Under the pieces are notes generated by a model, which had not been told where the DNA came from, did no database searches, and saw only the letters and a program-made list of their open reading frames with translations. Shown piece by piece: positions 37,361-45,613 of a DNA stretch of 64,000 nt. Origin of the DNA: Candidatus Levyibacteriota bacterium (GTDB lineage Bacteria; Patescibacteriota; Microgenomatia; Levybacterales; GWA1-39-11); assembly GCA_050255815.1 (NCBI GenBank), contig JBLMVJ010000035.1, forward strand, positions 10,727-74,726, written 5' to 3'. Position numbers and translations under genes: made by a program. Every line of letters starts with the position of its first letter. Position 1 is the stretch's first letter.

Positions 37361-37660
37361 CCCCTCACCTTTTTATCACTAACCTTTTTAAAAGTTCTTG
37401 CCAAGCTTTTGCGCGCTTCTTAAGCGCCTGCTCTCTTCTAAAAGCTAATTTATAAGAAGTATATGCTTCATAATAAATAAGCTCCCATGGCAAAAACTTT
37501 TTAGTATATATAGACTTTCCTTTATTATGGTCCGTAAATCGAGTTTTAAGATCTTTTGTTGAACCAATATAAAACTGGTCGAACTTTACACTCTTAAGAA
37601 TATACGTGTAGAACATAAGTCTATTATAGTTATTTAAGTTAGGAACAAAAAGGTGAGGGG
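37361..37660 (-). mobile_element. 300-nt stem-closed intervening sequence in 23S domain I carrying a GIY-YIG ORF
   Basis: Perfect 10-bp closing stem: cccctcacct (37361-37370) with aggtgagggg (37651-37660). It replaces the short hairpin that follows ...CAGCYCAAACC in other bacteria. Confidence 0.6.
37365..37616 (-). CDS. small GIY-YIG (URI-domain, COG2827/YhbQ-like) nuclease encoded inside the 23S insertion
   Basis: MFYTYILKS...FYIGSTKDLKTRFTDHN...E...ALKREQALKK pattern. Same orientation as the rRNA. The stop codon lies within the closing stem. Confidence 0.8.
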   Translation of the reverse strand: MFYTYILKSVKFDQFYIGSTKDLKTRFTDHNKGKSIYTKKFLPWELIYYEAYTSYKLAFRREQALKKRAKAWQELLKRLVIKR

Positions 37661-38003
37661 TTTGAGCTGTTCCGCGTTCGCTCGCCGCTACTGACGGAAT
37701 CTCTGTGATTTCTTTTCCTCGGACTACTTAGATGTTTCAGTTGGTCCGGTATCCCGCCGACTACTAATATATTAATCTTGCGACTAATAACTTCATAGCA
37801 GGCTCCCAGTTAAACTGGGGGGTTTCCCCATTCGGACACCACCGGATCATAATGTCTTCGGCCATTCCCCGGTGATTTTCGCGAGCCAGATGCGTCCTTC
37901 TTCGGTCAACACCTCCTAGGCATCCACTATTAGCATGAATCAAATAGCGTAGATTCTAAAAAACCAATTCATTAAAAACCATGCCTCGGCTTGAAACATG
38001 GAA

Positions 38004-38028
38004 AATCCGCCACCCGGCGGATTTTTTT
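38004..38028. terminator. GC hairpin with flanking A/T runs in the tRNA-Ala to 23S spacer
   Basis: aatccgcc-accc-ggcggatt followed by T7 on the plus strand, and by TTTTCC on the minus strand. Confidence 0.35.
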
Positions 38029-38222
38029 AATCCTCCGTCCCGATTAGATCGGGACTTCGGCCTAGTTGTTTGTTTGTAATTCTTCCAATTATTAATGAGC
38101 AAAACGCTTTTTGCGTTGCCCTCGGATGTAATCCGAGGCCATATCTCTCCTGTACTCGTTTCTCGCCGGGAAGTATATTGCCCTTCCACCAGCGAGGAAC
38201 CAATACAAGAAAACTAAAAAAG

Positions 38223-38295
38223 TGGACCCAAGGAGATTTGAACTCCTGACCTCGTCATTGCAAATGACGCGCTCTACCAGCTAAGCTATGGGCCC
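38223..38295 (-). tRNA. tRNA-Ala (anticodon UGC)
   Basis: The reverse complement GGGCCCATAGCTTAGCTGGTAGAGCGCGTCATTTGCAATGACGAGGTCAGGAGTTCAAATCTCCTTGGGTCCA folds as a cloverleaf with G3:U70. CCA is not encoded. Confidence 0.95.
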
Positions 38296-38560
38296 CGAGT
38301 GTAACGAGGGGCACACAAGGTTCTGATTTCGCAGAAATCAGGTTCTTATGGGCCCTTGAGATATATTGCAATCACTCAAACCTGCTTACCTAAGCATGAA
38401 GCTTGGCAAAGCGGTCCACAAAAAAGACATTTTCAAACCAAAACAGGGAATCAAAAAAAATAGAAACGCGAGCAACAGGGATCGAGATTACTCGATGTAT
38501 TGAGGTTAAATTACGTTTTTCGTCATAAAATAGGCTTGATTTCCCGTAAAGGTAAAGACT

Positions 38561-38589
38561 ATTCTAGCTTTATTTGAGGCTCTTGTCAA
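38561..38589 (-). promoter_or_regulatory. candidate promoter of the tRNA-Ala/23S/5S operon
   Basis: On the minus strand: TTGACA (38589-38584), 17-nt spacer, TAGAAT (38566-38561). Confidence 0.5.
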
Positions 38590-38604
38590 GAGTCAAGAAA
38601 ATAC

Positions 38605-40068
38605 TCAGGATGCAATCTTTTCTTCACTTTCCGGAGCAGCAAAAACAGTACTGGGTTTTAAAAGCATGCTGGTAGCATAATACACCATGCCTGCAGTCCA
38701 AGCTTGATCCAAAGCGCTTGTCTGTCCTGAAAACCTGTCCCGCCAGCGCACATAGGCTCCGGTTTCATCCCGTTTAAACATCTCTATATTAGAACCAAAC
38801 TCACGGATCCGCTCCAGTGATGCTTCTAAAACTTCTTCTGCTTCCCGCCGGTATCCCCTTTTATCCAGTCCTATCGCGGCAAGACCGGACATAAATGGCC
38901 AGTATGTCTCCGGACCATTATGATACCCGTCAGGGTCATGCACTTTTGTATATTTCCCATATGTCCTAAAGCCAGCCTCAGGGTTAAACAGGTCTTCCAT
39001 AAACCCCCGCTTTACCAGATCATGGATATATTGCTCTTCTACTACACTCTCCCCTTTGTGGGTTGCCCACAGGGCAAGTATTGGATCAACCGTAATATTG
39101 GTCACTCTTCTATTGTCTTCATCCAGCGCTTCCGCAAAATACCAAAGATCGGCTTTTTGATCCCGCATAAGAAATCCCCCTTCCGCAGAGTTGAACCGGG
39201 CCTTTAGCTCTGCAGCTTCTTGCCGCAATGTTTCAGCGTAGGCAGGATCTACTCCTTCAAAAAAATCAGCTCCATACCTAAGCGCTCCCCACACAAAAAT
39301 ATTTACCTCAACCGGCTTCCTCCCGAATGGCTTACGGGGATCCCTTCCCTTTTCTTCTGTCACATCATTCTCATGAAGCATGCTGTATGCACTATCTTTC
39401 CAGTTTTGGTTTAAAAGGCCGCCAAATTTCCGGTTAGGATTATAGGAAAAGCCCGCAAATCCGTTGTATTCCCGGATATTTCTCCTGCACCATTCCAGCT
39501 CTTGCTTCATAACCGCCCGCTGCTCAGGGGTAGGATCAAATATCTTCTCCTGGTATAGTTCTCCTTTCAGGATGACGTCTAAAGGAGTTGCATCAGCGCT
39601 GTCCCAGTTTTTCATAATCCCGTCTTTATCTACAAACCATGGACGCTCTCCCCGCGCCAACTGTTCATCAGTCCTGGTTATTAAATGCTCATACCCGGTT
39701 TTTCTGGCTTCATGGATGCTCTGTCCTGCCCAAACACCCAGCTCAGGGTCATCTGCAGGTGCAATATAATAATCCATAGCAAAAAATCCGTTAATAGCAC
39801 GGTTAAACAAAGATCTTTCTGCGGGACTCAGGGTTGTTTTATCCTTAAACGTTTCCAGAAGATAACTAAACGTAATGTAGGTATCGCGCCCAAAATGGGC
39901 ATGATACATTCCTTCAGACCCTTTTGAAGATGAGGCAAAATAGCCTTCATCTGTAATAAGTTCATCTAAATTCTCAAGGGCACGCGCCTGAAGCTTTACG
40001 AGGTCTCTTGTGCTCAACCTATGTTCTGAAGGAATGGATCTTGTCCTACTCTCTAAGTAGTTGTTCAT
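38605..40068 (-). CDS. six-hairpin glycoside hydrolase, glycogen-debranching/amylo-alpha-1,6-glucosidase-like
   Basis: HFGRDTYITFSYLLE-type motif and a size typical of GDE_C-like proteins. Family call is from memory. Confidence 0.5.
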   Translation of the reverse strand: MNNYLESRTRSIPSEHRLSTRDLVKLQARALENLDELITDEGYFASSSKGSEGMYHAHFGRDTYITFSYLLETFKDKTTLSPAERSLFNRAINGFFAMDYYIAPADDPELGVWAGQSIHEARKTGYEHLITRTDEQLARGERPWFVDKDGIMKNWDSADATPLDVILKGELYQEKIFDPTPEQRAVMKQELEWCRRNIREYNGFAGFSYNPNRKFGGLLNQNWKDSAYSMLHENDVTEEKGRDPRKPFGRKPVEVNIFVWGALRYGADFFEGVDPAYAETLRQEAAELKARFNSAEGGFLMRDQKADLWYFAEALDEDNRRVTNITVDPILALWATHKGESVVEEQYIHDLVKRGFMEDLFNPEAGFRTYGKYTKVHDPDGYHNGPETYWPFMSGLAAIGLDKRGYRREAEEVLEASLERIREFGSNIEMFKRDETGAYVRWRDRFSGQTSALDQAWTAGMVYYATSMLLKPSTVFAAPESEEKIAS

Positions 40069-40139
40069 AACGCCGAGAATAGGATATACCTACGGGAAAA
40101 AATCTGCAAGCTGGGCAAAAGATTAAAGTAATCTATTGT

Positions 40140-41138
40140 TTAGAAAACAAGCGCCAGTAACCGGTAGGCTATGAATGCTAGCCCGGCACATATGGGAATG
40201 GTAAATATCCACGCCCTCACTATACTTCCGGCCACGTTCCAACGGACGGCTGAAGCACGCTTGCTTGCCCCTACTCCTAAAATAGTGGAAGAAATAACGT
40301 GTGTAGTAGACAGGGGAAACCCAAACCGGGAGGCTACTTCTATGATAACCCCTGCAGACGTTTCTGCCCCAAAACCATAGACCGGAGTAAGTCTTACCAG
40401 TTTAGAACCCATGGTGTTGATAATCCGCCACCCTCCTCCGGCAGTCCCTAAAGCCATGGCAATGGCTGACATGATAATAACCCAGAGCGGCACCCTAAAC
40501 GGTTCGGCAGGAATCAAATGGGAAGAAATAAGAGATAAGGTAATAATACCCATGGTCTTTTGGGCATCATTGCTGCCATGGGAAAAGGCCATAAATGCTG
40601 AGGACAGGATTTGTGCCCGCCGGAAAAATCCGTTCACTAACCCCAGCCTTACATTAGCAAATAAAACAAAGATGATTTTCATAAAAATGAATCCGGCAAA
40701 TAGTCCCGCCACCGGAGAAGCCAGGAATGGCACCACTACTTTTTGAAGGAGAGCCTGCCATTGGACCTGGTTCACTCCCGCAAATGCAATGCCCGCCCCC
40801 ACCAACCCTCCTATTAAGGCATGTGAGGAACTGGAAGGAATACCTTTCCGCCACGTAATTAAATTCCAAATGATTGCCGCGATAAGCGCTGCAATAATTA
40901 CCTGCTCGGGTACGTTTGTCCCTACAATCCCACTCCCAATAGTTTTAGCAACCGCTGTTCCGGAAATAGCCCCTAAGAAATTGAGCCCGGCTGCCATAAT
41001 TATGGCCCAAAAGGGAGATAAAACCCTGGTTGAGACTACTGTTGCTATAGCATTTGCCGTATCATGGAAGCCGTTTATAAAGTCAAAAATAACTGATAAA
41101 AGCAGTATTATGATGAGGATGAGGTGTAGGTCACTCAT
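40140..41138 (-). CDS. pit: inorganic phosphate transporter, PiT family
   Basis: GFHDTANAIAT and HGSNDAQKTMG signature motifs. About 10 TM segments. Confidence 0.85.
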   Translation of the reverse strand: MSDLHLILIIILLLSVIFDFINGFHDTANAIATVVSTRVLSPFWAIIMAAGLNFLGAISGTAVAKTIGSGIVGTNVPEQVIIAALIAAIIWNLITWRKGIPSSSSHALIGGLVGAGIAFAGVNQVQWQALLQKVVVPFLASPVAGLFAGFIFMKIIFVLFANVRLGLVNGFFRRAQILSSAFMAFSHGSNDAQKTMGIITLSLISSHLIPAEPFRVPLWVIIMSAIAMALGTAGGGWRIINTMGSKLVRLTPVYGFGAETSAGVIIEVASRFGFPLSTTHVISSTILGVGASKRASAVRWNVAGSIVRAWIFTIPICAGLAFIAYRLLALVF

Positions 41139-41760
41139 ACTTAGTTATGAGGCTGGAGAGAATATCTGCAATATCCTCTAAAGAATCCGTTGCTTGCTCC
41201 ATGGTTTCGTAGATGTCTTTCAGGATGATTATTTTTTTTATGTCCCGGCTCTTAAAAAGCGACCGAAGTCCTTCTTTTAAGAGGACGTCTGCTTCATTTT
41301 CTTTATTATTAATTTCTACCACCAATTTGTGTACTTTAGAGAAATTCTTGCGTGAGCGAATAAGCGGCAAAGCTTTTGAAACAAGTTGGCTGGCCTCTAA
41401 AATAATTTGGGCAAAATGAATGATAGTTTCATCTTTTTTCTTAAGGGGATATACTTCCAGCCTGTTTCCTGAAAGATGAATCAGATCAATGACATCATCC
41501 AGTGCCCGGGTGAGGAACATGATATCTTCCCTATCCATGGGAGGCACAAAGGCTTTGCTGACTTCTTCATAGAGCTGGTGTGCTATTTCATCCCCTGCCT
41601 GCTCCAGATTATGAATTTTCTTGGCAATTTTTGCTGAATTCCGGGGATTTTTTGCAAGAGAAAGAAGTTCCAAAGCAGCTTTCACATTGTTCTCTGCTGC
41701 TTCCTCAAATGATTGATAAAAAATACCTGATCTGGTTTGGAAAACCGATAATAATTTCAC
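41131..41760 (-). CDS. DUF47/PhoU-like phosphate transport regulator
   Basis: Helical 209-aa protein overlapping the pit start by 8 nt. This is the typical Pit partner. Confidence 0.7.
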   Translation of the reverse strand: MKLLSVFQTRSGIFYQSFEEAAENNVKAALELLSLAKNPRNSAKIAKKIHNLEQAGDEIAHQLYEEVSKAFVPPMDREDIMFLTRALDDVIDLIHLSGNRLEVYPLKKKDETIIHFAQIILEASQLVSKALPLIRSRKNFSKVHKLVVEINNKENEADVLLKEGLRSLFKSRDIKKIIILKDIYETMEQATDSLEDIADILSSLITKYE

Positions 41761-41853
41761 TGAATATACTTAAAGATCCTACAATATTATACTATCCGGG
41801 GCAAGGGGAGAAATTTATTGGGTAGCTTTGAAAAGAGTTGATGCAACAGGAAT

Positions 41854-42789
41854 TTATGCTTTTTGCATGGTGAGCCAGCGCTCTATATCTAGTGCTGCCA
41901 TGCAGCCAAATCCTGCGGCAGTTACTGCCTGGCGGTACCTATCATCCTGGACATCCCCGGAAACAAAAACACCTTCTATATTAGTCCTCACCCGTTCTTT
42001 TGCGCTTACATACCCGCTTTGCGTCAAATCTACCCCTTTAAAGATAGATGAATTTGGCGTATGGCCAATAGCCACAAATATACCGTCTATAGGCATTTCT
42101 GTTACTTCCTGGGAGACGGTATTCTGGATTTTAACCTTCTCTACTTTGTTCCCCCCCAGTACTTCAACAATTTGAGAGTTAAGCATAACTTTAATTTTTG
42201 GGTTATTTTTTACTTTATCCTGCATAATCTGGGATGCCCTAAAGCTGTCCCTTCTATGGAGCAAGGTAACTTCTGCAAAATTGGTGAGGAAGTTTGCTTC
42301 CTCCATAGCAGAATCCCCTCCGCCTACAACTATGATCTTTTTTCCCCTAAAAAATGCCCCGTCACAGGTTGCACAGTATGAAATACCGCGCCCGGTCAGC
42401 TCTTTTTCACCCGGTACGCCCAGTGTTTTTGAATTCTCACCGGTAGCCAGGAGAAGGGCTTTGCCTTTATAGGTCTTCCCGTCCGCTGTTATAGAAAACG
42501 GAGAGGATGCCCCTGTCAAATCTGTAGGATCAGCATCCGCATTCACGAACGTTACTCCAAAACGCTCTGCCTGGCTTCTCATTTCCATCATAAGCTGGGG
42601 TCCCTGTATTCCTTTGGGAAAGCCCGGGAAGTTTTCAACCTCCGTAGTAAGCATGAGCTGGCCACCCCAAGTCTTCCCTGCAATGATAAGAGTTTTAAGT
42701 CCGGCTCTGGAGGTATAAATTCCTGCAGTGAGGCCGGAAGGACCGGATCCTATGATGATTACATCAAAAATGGGTAATTCAGAATTCAT
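41854..42789 (-). CDS. trxB: thioredoxin-disulfide reductase
   Basis: FAD motif IIIGSGPSG, redox-active CATCDG, and NADPH motif VVGGGDSAMEEA. Confidence 0.88.
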   Translation of the reverse strand: MNSELPIFDVIIIGSGPSGLTAGIYTSRAGLKTLIIAGKTWGGQLMLTTEVENFPGFPKGIQGPQLMMEMRSQAERFGVTFVNADADPTDLTGASSPFSITADGKTYKGKALLLATGENSKTLGVPGEKELTGRGISYCATCDGAFFRGKKIIVVGGGDSAMEEANFLTNFAEVTLLHRRDSFRASQIMQDKVKNNPKIKVMLNSQIVEVLGGNKVEKVKIQNTVSQEVTEMPIDGIFVAIGHTPNSSIFKGVDLTQSGYVSAKERVRTNIEGVFVSGDVQDDRYRQAVTAAGFGCMAALDIERWLTMQKA

Positions 42790-42841
42790 AATTCAGAGTT
42801 AATAATTAAATTTAGAGTTTAGAATTTTATATTCTAAATTC
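42790..42841. repeat. AT-rich GAATTC/TAGAAT spacer repeat (trxA-trxB spacer)
   Basis: Shares aatttagagtYtagaatt and attctaaattc with 21446-21510. Confidence 0.55.
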
Positions 42842-43168
42842 TTACGAGGAGAGGGCTTCGTCCAGTGCTTTCTTAAATACGTCTTTTGGCTGGACTCCCA
42901 CGGTAGTTGCTACCGGCTTTCCCTTCTGGAAAATAATAACCGTGGGGATAGACATGATCCCAAAACTGGAAGGGGTTTTTACGTTCTCATCTACGTTCAT
43001 CTTCCCTACCTTTACCTTCCCCTCATACTCTTTCTCCAATTCTTCAATAATAGGAGTGAGCATATGGCAGGGAGTGCACCACTCTGCCCAAAAATCCACC
43101 ACAAAAGGAACGTCTGACTTTAAAACGTCTTGCTCAAATGTATCATCAGAAAGTTTTACAACTGACAT
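42842..43168 (-). CDS. trxA: thioredoxin
   Basis: 108 aa with active site WCTPC, a variant of WCGPC. Confidence 0.9.
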   Translation of the reverse strand: MSVVKLSDDTFEQDVLKSDVPFVVDFWAEWCTPCHMLTPIIEELEKEYEGKVKVGKMNVDENVKTPSSFGIMSIPTVIIFQKGKPVATTVGVQPKDVFKKALDEALSS

Positions 43169-43350
43169 ATTTGTATACCGGGAATCCTTAAAAGAAGAAT
43201 GCAGAACTAACGGTACGGAAACCAGTATAATCTCCCGACCGGCTTAAAGTCAAGAAAGAGTTTTCACAGCCTCGGAATTTGAAAATAGACCCCTAAAAGC
43301 ATATAATGAGTGTCCCAGAGAGATTATTATTATTAGGGGAGGGTTGCTTT

Positions 43351-44736
43351 ATGAAAGTAAGTTCTGCCCGAGAGGACATATTTATTGTTTTTTTGTCCTT
43401 CTGGAGCACAATTTTATTAACGCGTTATCTAACGTTTGAATTTATTAAGGTGTTCCACCAGTATCCTGTCCTGTACCTTTCAGGTGTGCCTATCCATCAC
43501 TTTTTAGTTGGCCTCATTCTAGTTTCTTTTGTCCTGGTAGTACGCATATTCAGGAATAGTTTTTCCCTGATTAATTTGATTCTCTTAGGCATGGGGTTGG
43601 GCTTTATTACTGATGAATTCTGGCTCATAACCACCGGGGATTTCACTACAAATAATATCTACTGGGCAGGGGAAAATCTCACGGCTATCGTTGTTTTGGG
43701 CCTCCTCTCTTTTTTGTTTGTGAAGTTTCTGGAAAGGCGGTCCAGTATGAAGCTGGATAAAGGAAACCGTCCGCTGCATGTAAACCCAAAAAATCCGCTG
43801 GTCTCCGTGGTTATCCCCGCTTTAAATGAAGAGAAGTTCCTGGAAAATAACCTATATAGCATCATCCAGCAAAAATTTAAGGATTTTGAGCTGATTGTAG
43901 TAGACAACAATTCTACTGACAGGACTGCTGAAATAGCCCGGTCTTTTGGTGCAAAAGTCATTTTCAACGCAGTAAAAGGCGTGGGCGCAGCGCGCCAGGC
44001 CGGATTCATGGCGGCAAAAGGCAAAATTATAGCTACCACAGACGCTGACAATATTTTACCCAGGGATTGGTTGGAAACCATAGTGAAACGGTTTGAAAAA
44101 GACCCTGAACTGGTAGCTTTTGGGGGCCTTTTCCGCCTCTACTCCGGACCGCTTTCAGCACGTATTGCCGTAAAGTACCTTTCCTATCATATGTTCAAGC
44201 TGGATAAGCTGTTTGCGCATAACTGGAGTTTAATTGCCCAGAACATGGCGGTGAAGAAAAGCGCATTCCTGAAAGTAGGTGGCTTTAAGCATGTCCAAAT
44301 GGGAGAAGACGCGGACCTGGCACAACGGCTGGGCAATATTGGAAAGGTTGAACTGGACCCCAACTTTTTAGTATATGCATCCGGAAGGCGCGTGCGGCAC
44401 GGCCTGTGGTATGGCATCTGGTCTTATGGCCCCAATGCGTTTAGCCGAATGTTTTTTAAAAAGCATAAATTTGACCGCCTACCCACGGTGAGGAAAGAAA
44501 AATCTATCATCAACAACTTCTCTTTTATTCCGCTTTTAGCTTCAGTTATTTACCTTATTATCCTGTTTACCTCTATGAATGCGTCTTTAAACCATGCAAA
44601 ACAGGATTTGTTGCATAAAACGTCTATCAGCATCTCTAAGATGAAGCTTAAAAAGATTGCGTCAGAACTGGGCCCAACCCTCCCCTGGAGTGAACTGATT
44701 AAGAAAACTCGCGACCTCCACTTCCTGGAGAATTAG
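43351..44736 (+). CDS. membrane-bound family 2 glycosyltransferase
   Basis: N-terminal TM region followed by VSVVIPALNEE, VVDNNSTD and TDADN motifs, with a C-terminal TM segment. The listed ORF starts at 43306; ATG 43351 is equally possible. Confidence 0.7.
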   Translation: MKVSSAREDIFIVFLSFWSTILLTRYLTFEFIKVFHQYPVLYLSGVPIHHFLVGLILVSFVLVVRIFRNSFSLINLILLGMGLGFITDEFWLITTGDFTTNNIYWAGENLTAIVVLGLLSFLFVKFLERRSSMKLDKGNRPLHVNPKNPLVSVVIPALNEEKFLENNLYSIIQQKFKDFELIVVDNNSTDRTAEIARSFGAKVIFNAVKGVGAARQAGFMAAKGKIIATTDADNILPRDWLETIVKRFEKDPELVAFGGLFRLYSGPLSARIAVKYLSYHMFKLDKLFAHNWSLIAQNMAVKKSAFLKVGGFKHVQMGEDADLAQRLGNIGKVELDPNFLVYASGRRVRHGLWYGIWSYGPNAFSRMFFKKHKFDRLPTVRKEKSIINNFSFIPLLASVIYLIILFTSMNASLNHAKQDLLHKTSISISKMKLKKIASELGPTLPWSELIKKTRDLHFLEN

Positions 44737-44777
44737 GTGCTATTCTCTTCAACTCTGCGAAATCATATAAACAACTT

Positions 44778-44834
44778 CCTTAATTTCATCACTTGGAATA
44801 TAAAACCATGGAGGAATGAATGAGTGAGCGCCCG
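44778..44834. repeat. copy B of the ~55-nt intergenic repeat family
   Basis: ccttaatttcatcacttggaatataaaaccatggaggaatgaatgagtgagcgcccg. Confidence 0.6.
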
Positions 44835-44841
44835 AAAAAAA

Positions 44842-44884
44842 TCACAGACCCGCACGTGCGATTGGGTCTGTGACTTCTTATTTT
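44842..44884. terminator. bidirectional intrinsic terminator between convergent genes
   Basis: 10-bp stem tcacagaccc/gggtctgtga (44842-44851 with 44864-44873). It is preceded by A7 and followed by a T-rich run. Confidence 0.6.
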
Positions 44885-44951
44885 AGGCGCGCAGTTCCGA
44901 TTTATCGGAACGAGCACCGCAAAGCTTAATACATTTTGAATATAATCAAAA

Positions 44952-45401
44952 TTAAGCTTTATAATACCGTTTGATTTGGAATAATAGGTAAAAACCTACT
45001 AAATCAAACACAACTCCGGAGATAGAAATAGCAAGAACAGATGAAACAAGTGTTACTACTTCTGACCAGAACATCATGTTCCACCCATTCATCTTGCCGC
45101 TTTTAAGTCCGGGGAAGGCTGCAAGCATTAATCCTGAAGAAGCAATTAACAAAACTGCTGCTAATATGCCGCTTCCGGCTGCTCTTACGCCTCCTACTCC
45201 TCCTAAGGCAGCAAGCGGAGAAAGTGTTGCCATGATTCCCAAACCTGCAATTCCTGCAAGCAATCCTAATATTCCAAAGATTAAAGCAACCCATGGAGCA
45301 AGTTTAACTAATACTTCCTGGAAGTTTTTAGGCAGGGAAGGAACTGCGGAATACCACTTCTCTACTGTCTCTATGATTGAATCAGTTGATGATTTTGCCA
45401 T
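44952..45401 (-). CDS. hypothetical small integral membrane protein
   Basis: The preferred start is ATG 45401 (MAKSSTD), preceded by AAGGAGGTG. This is the only strong SD seen outside the high-GC island. Three or four TM segments. Confidence 0.55.
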   Translation of the reverse strand: MAKSSTDSIIETVEKWYSAVPSLPKNFQEVLVKLAPWVALIFGILGLLAGIAGLGIMATLSPLAALGGVGGVRAAGSGILAAVLLIASSGLMLAAFPGLKSGKMNGWNMMFWSEVVTLVSSVLAISISGVVFDLVGFYLLFQIKRYYKA

Positions 45402-45613
45402 ATATACAAAGTCACCTCCTTTAGAAGCTCTTGCTTGTTGAGAAGCAAAAAGCTTAGAGATTCTTAAGCCCCTCGGAAAACGCTCCGTGAGGCGTGAACG
45501 AATAGTTCTGAAAAGCCGAACGGTAAGTTCAGTGGGGCTAAACAGACTATCTATAATTATTGTGTATGAAAATTTCCTTTGATGCAAGAGGACCAATACT
45601 ATATGATAGGATG

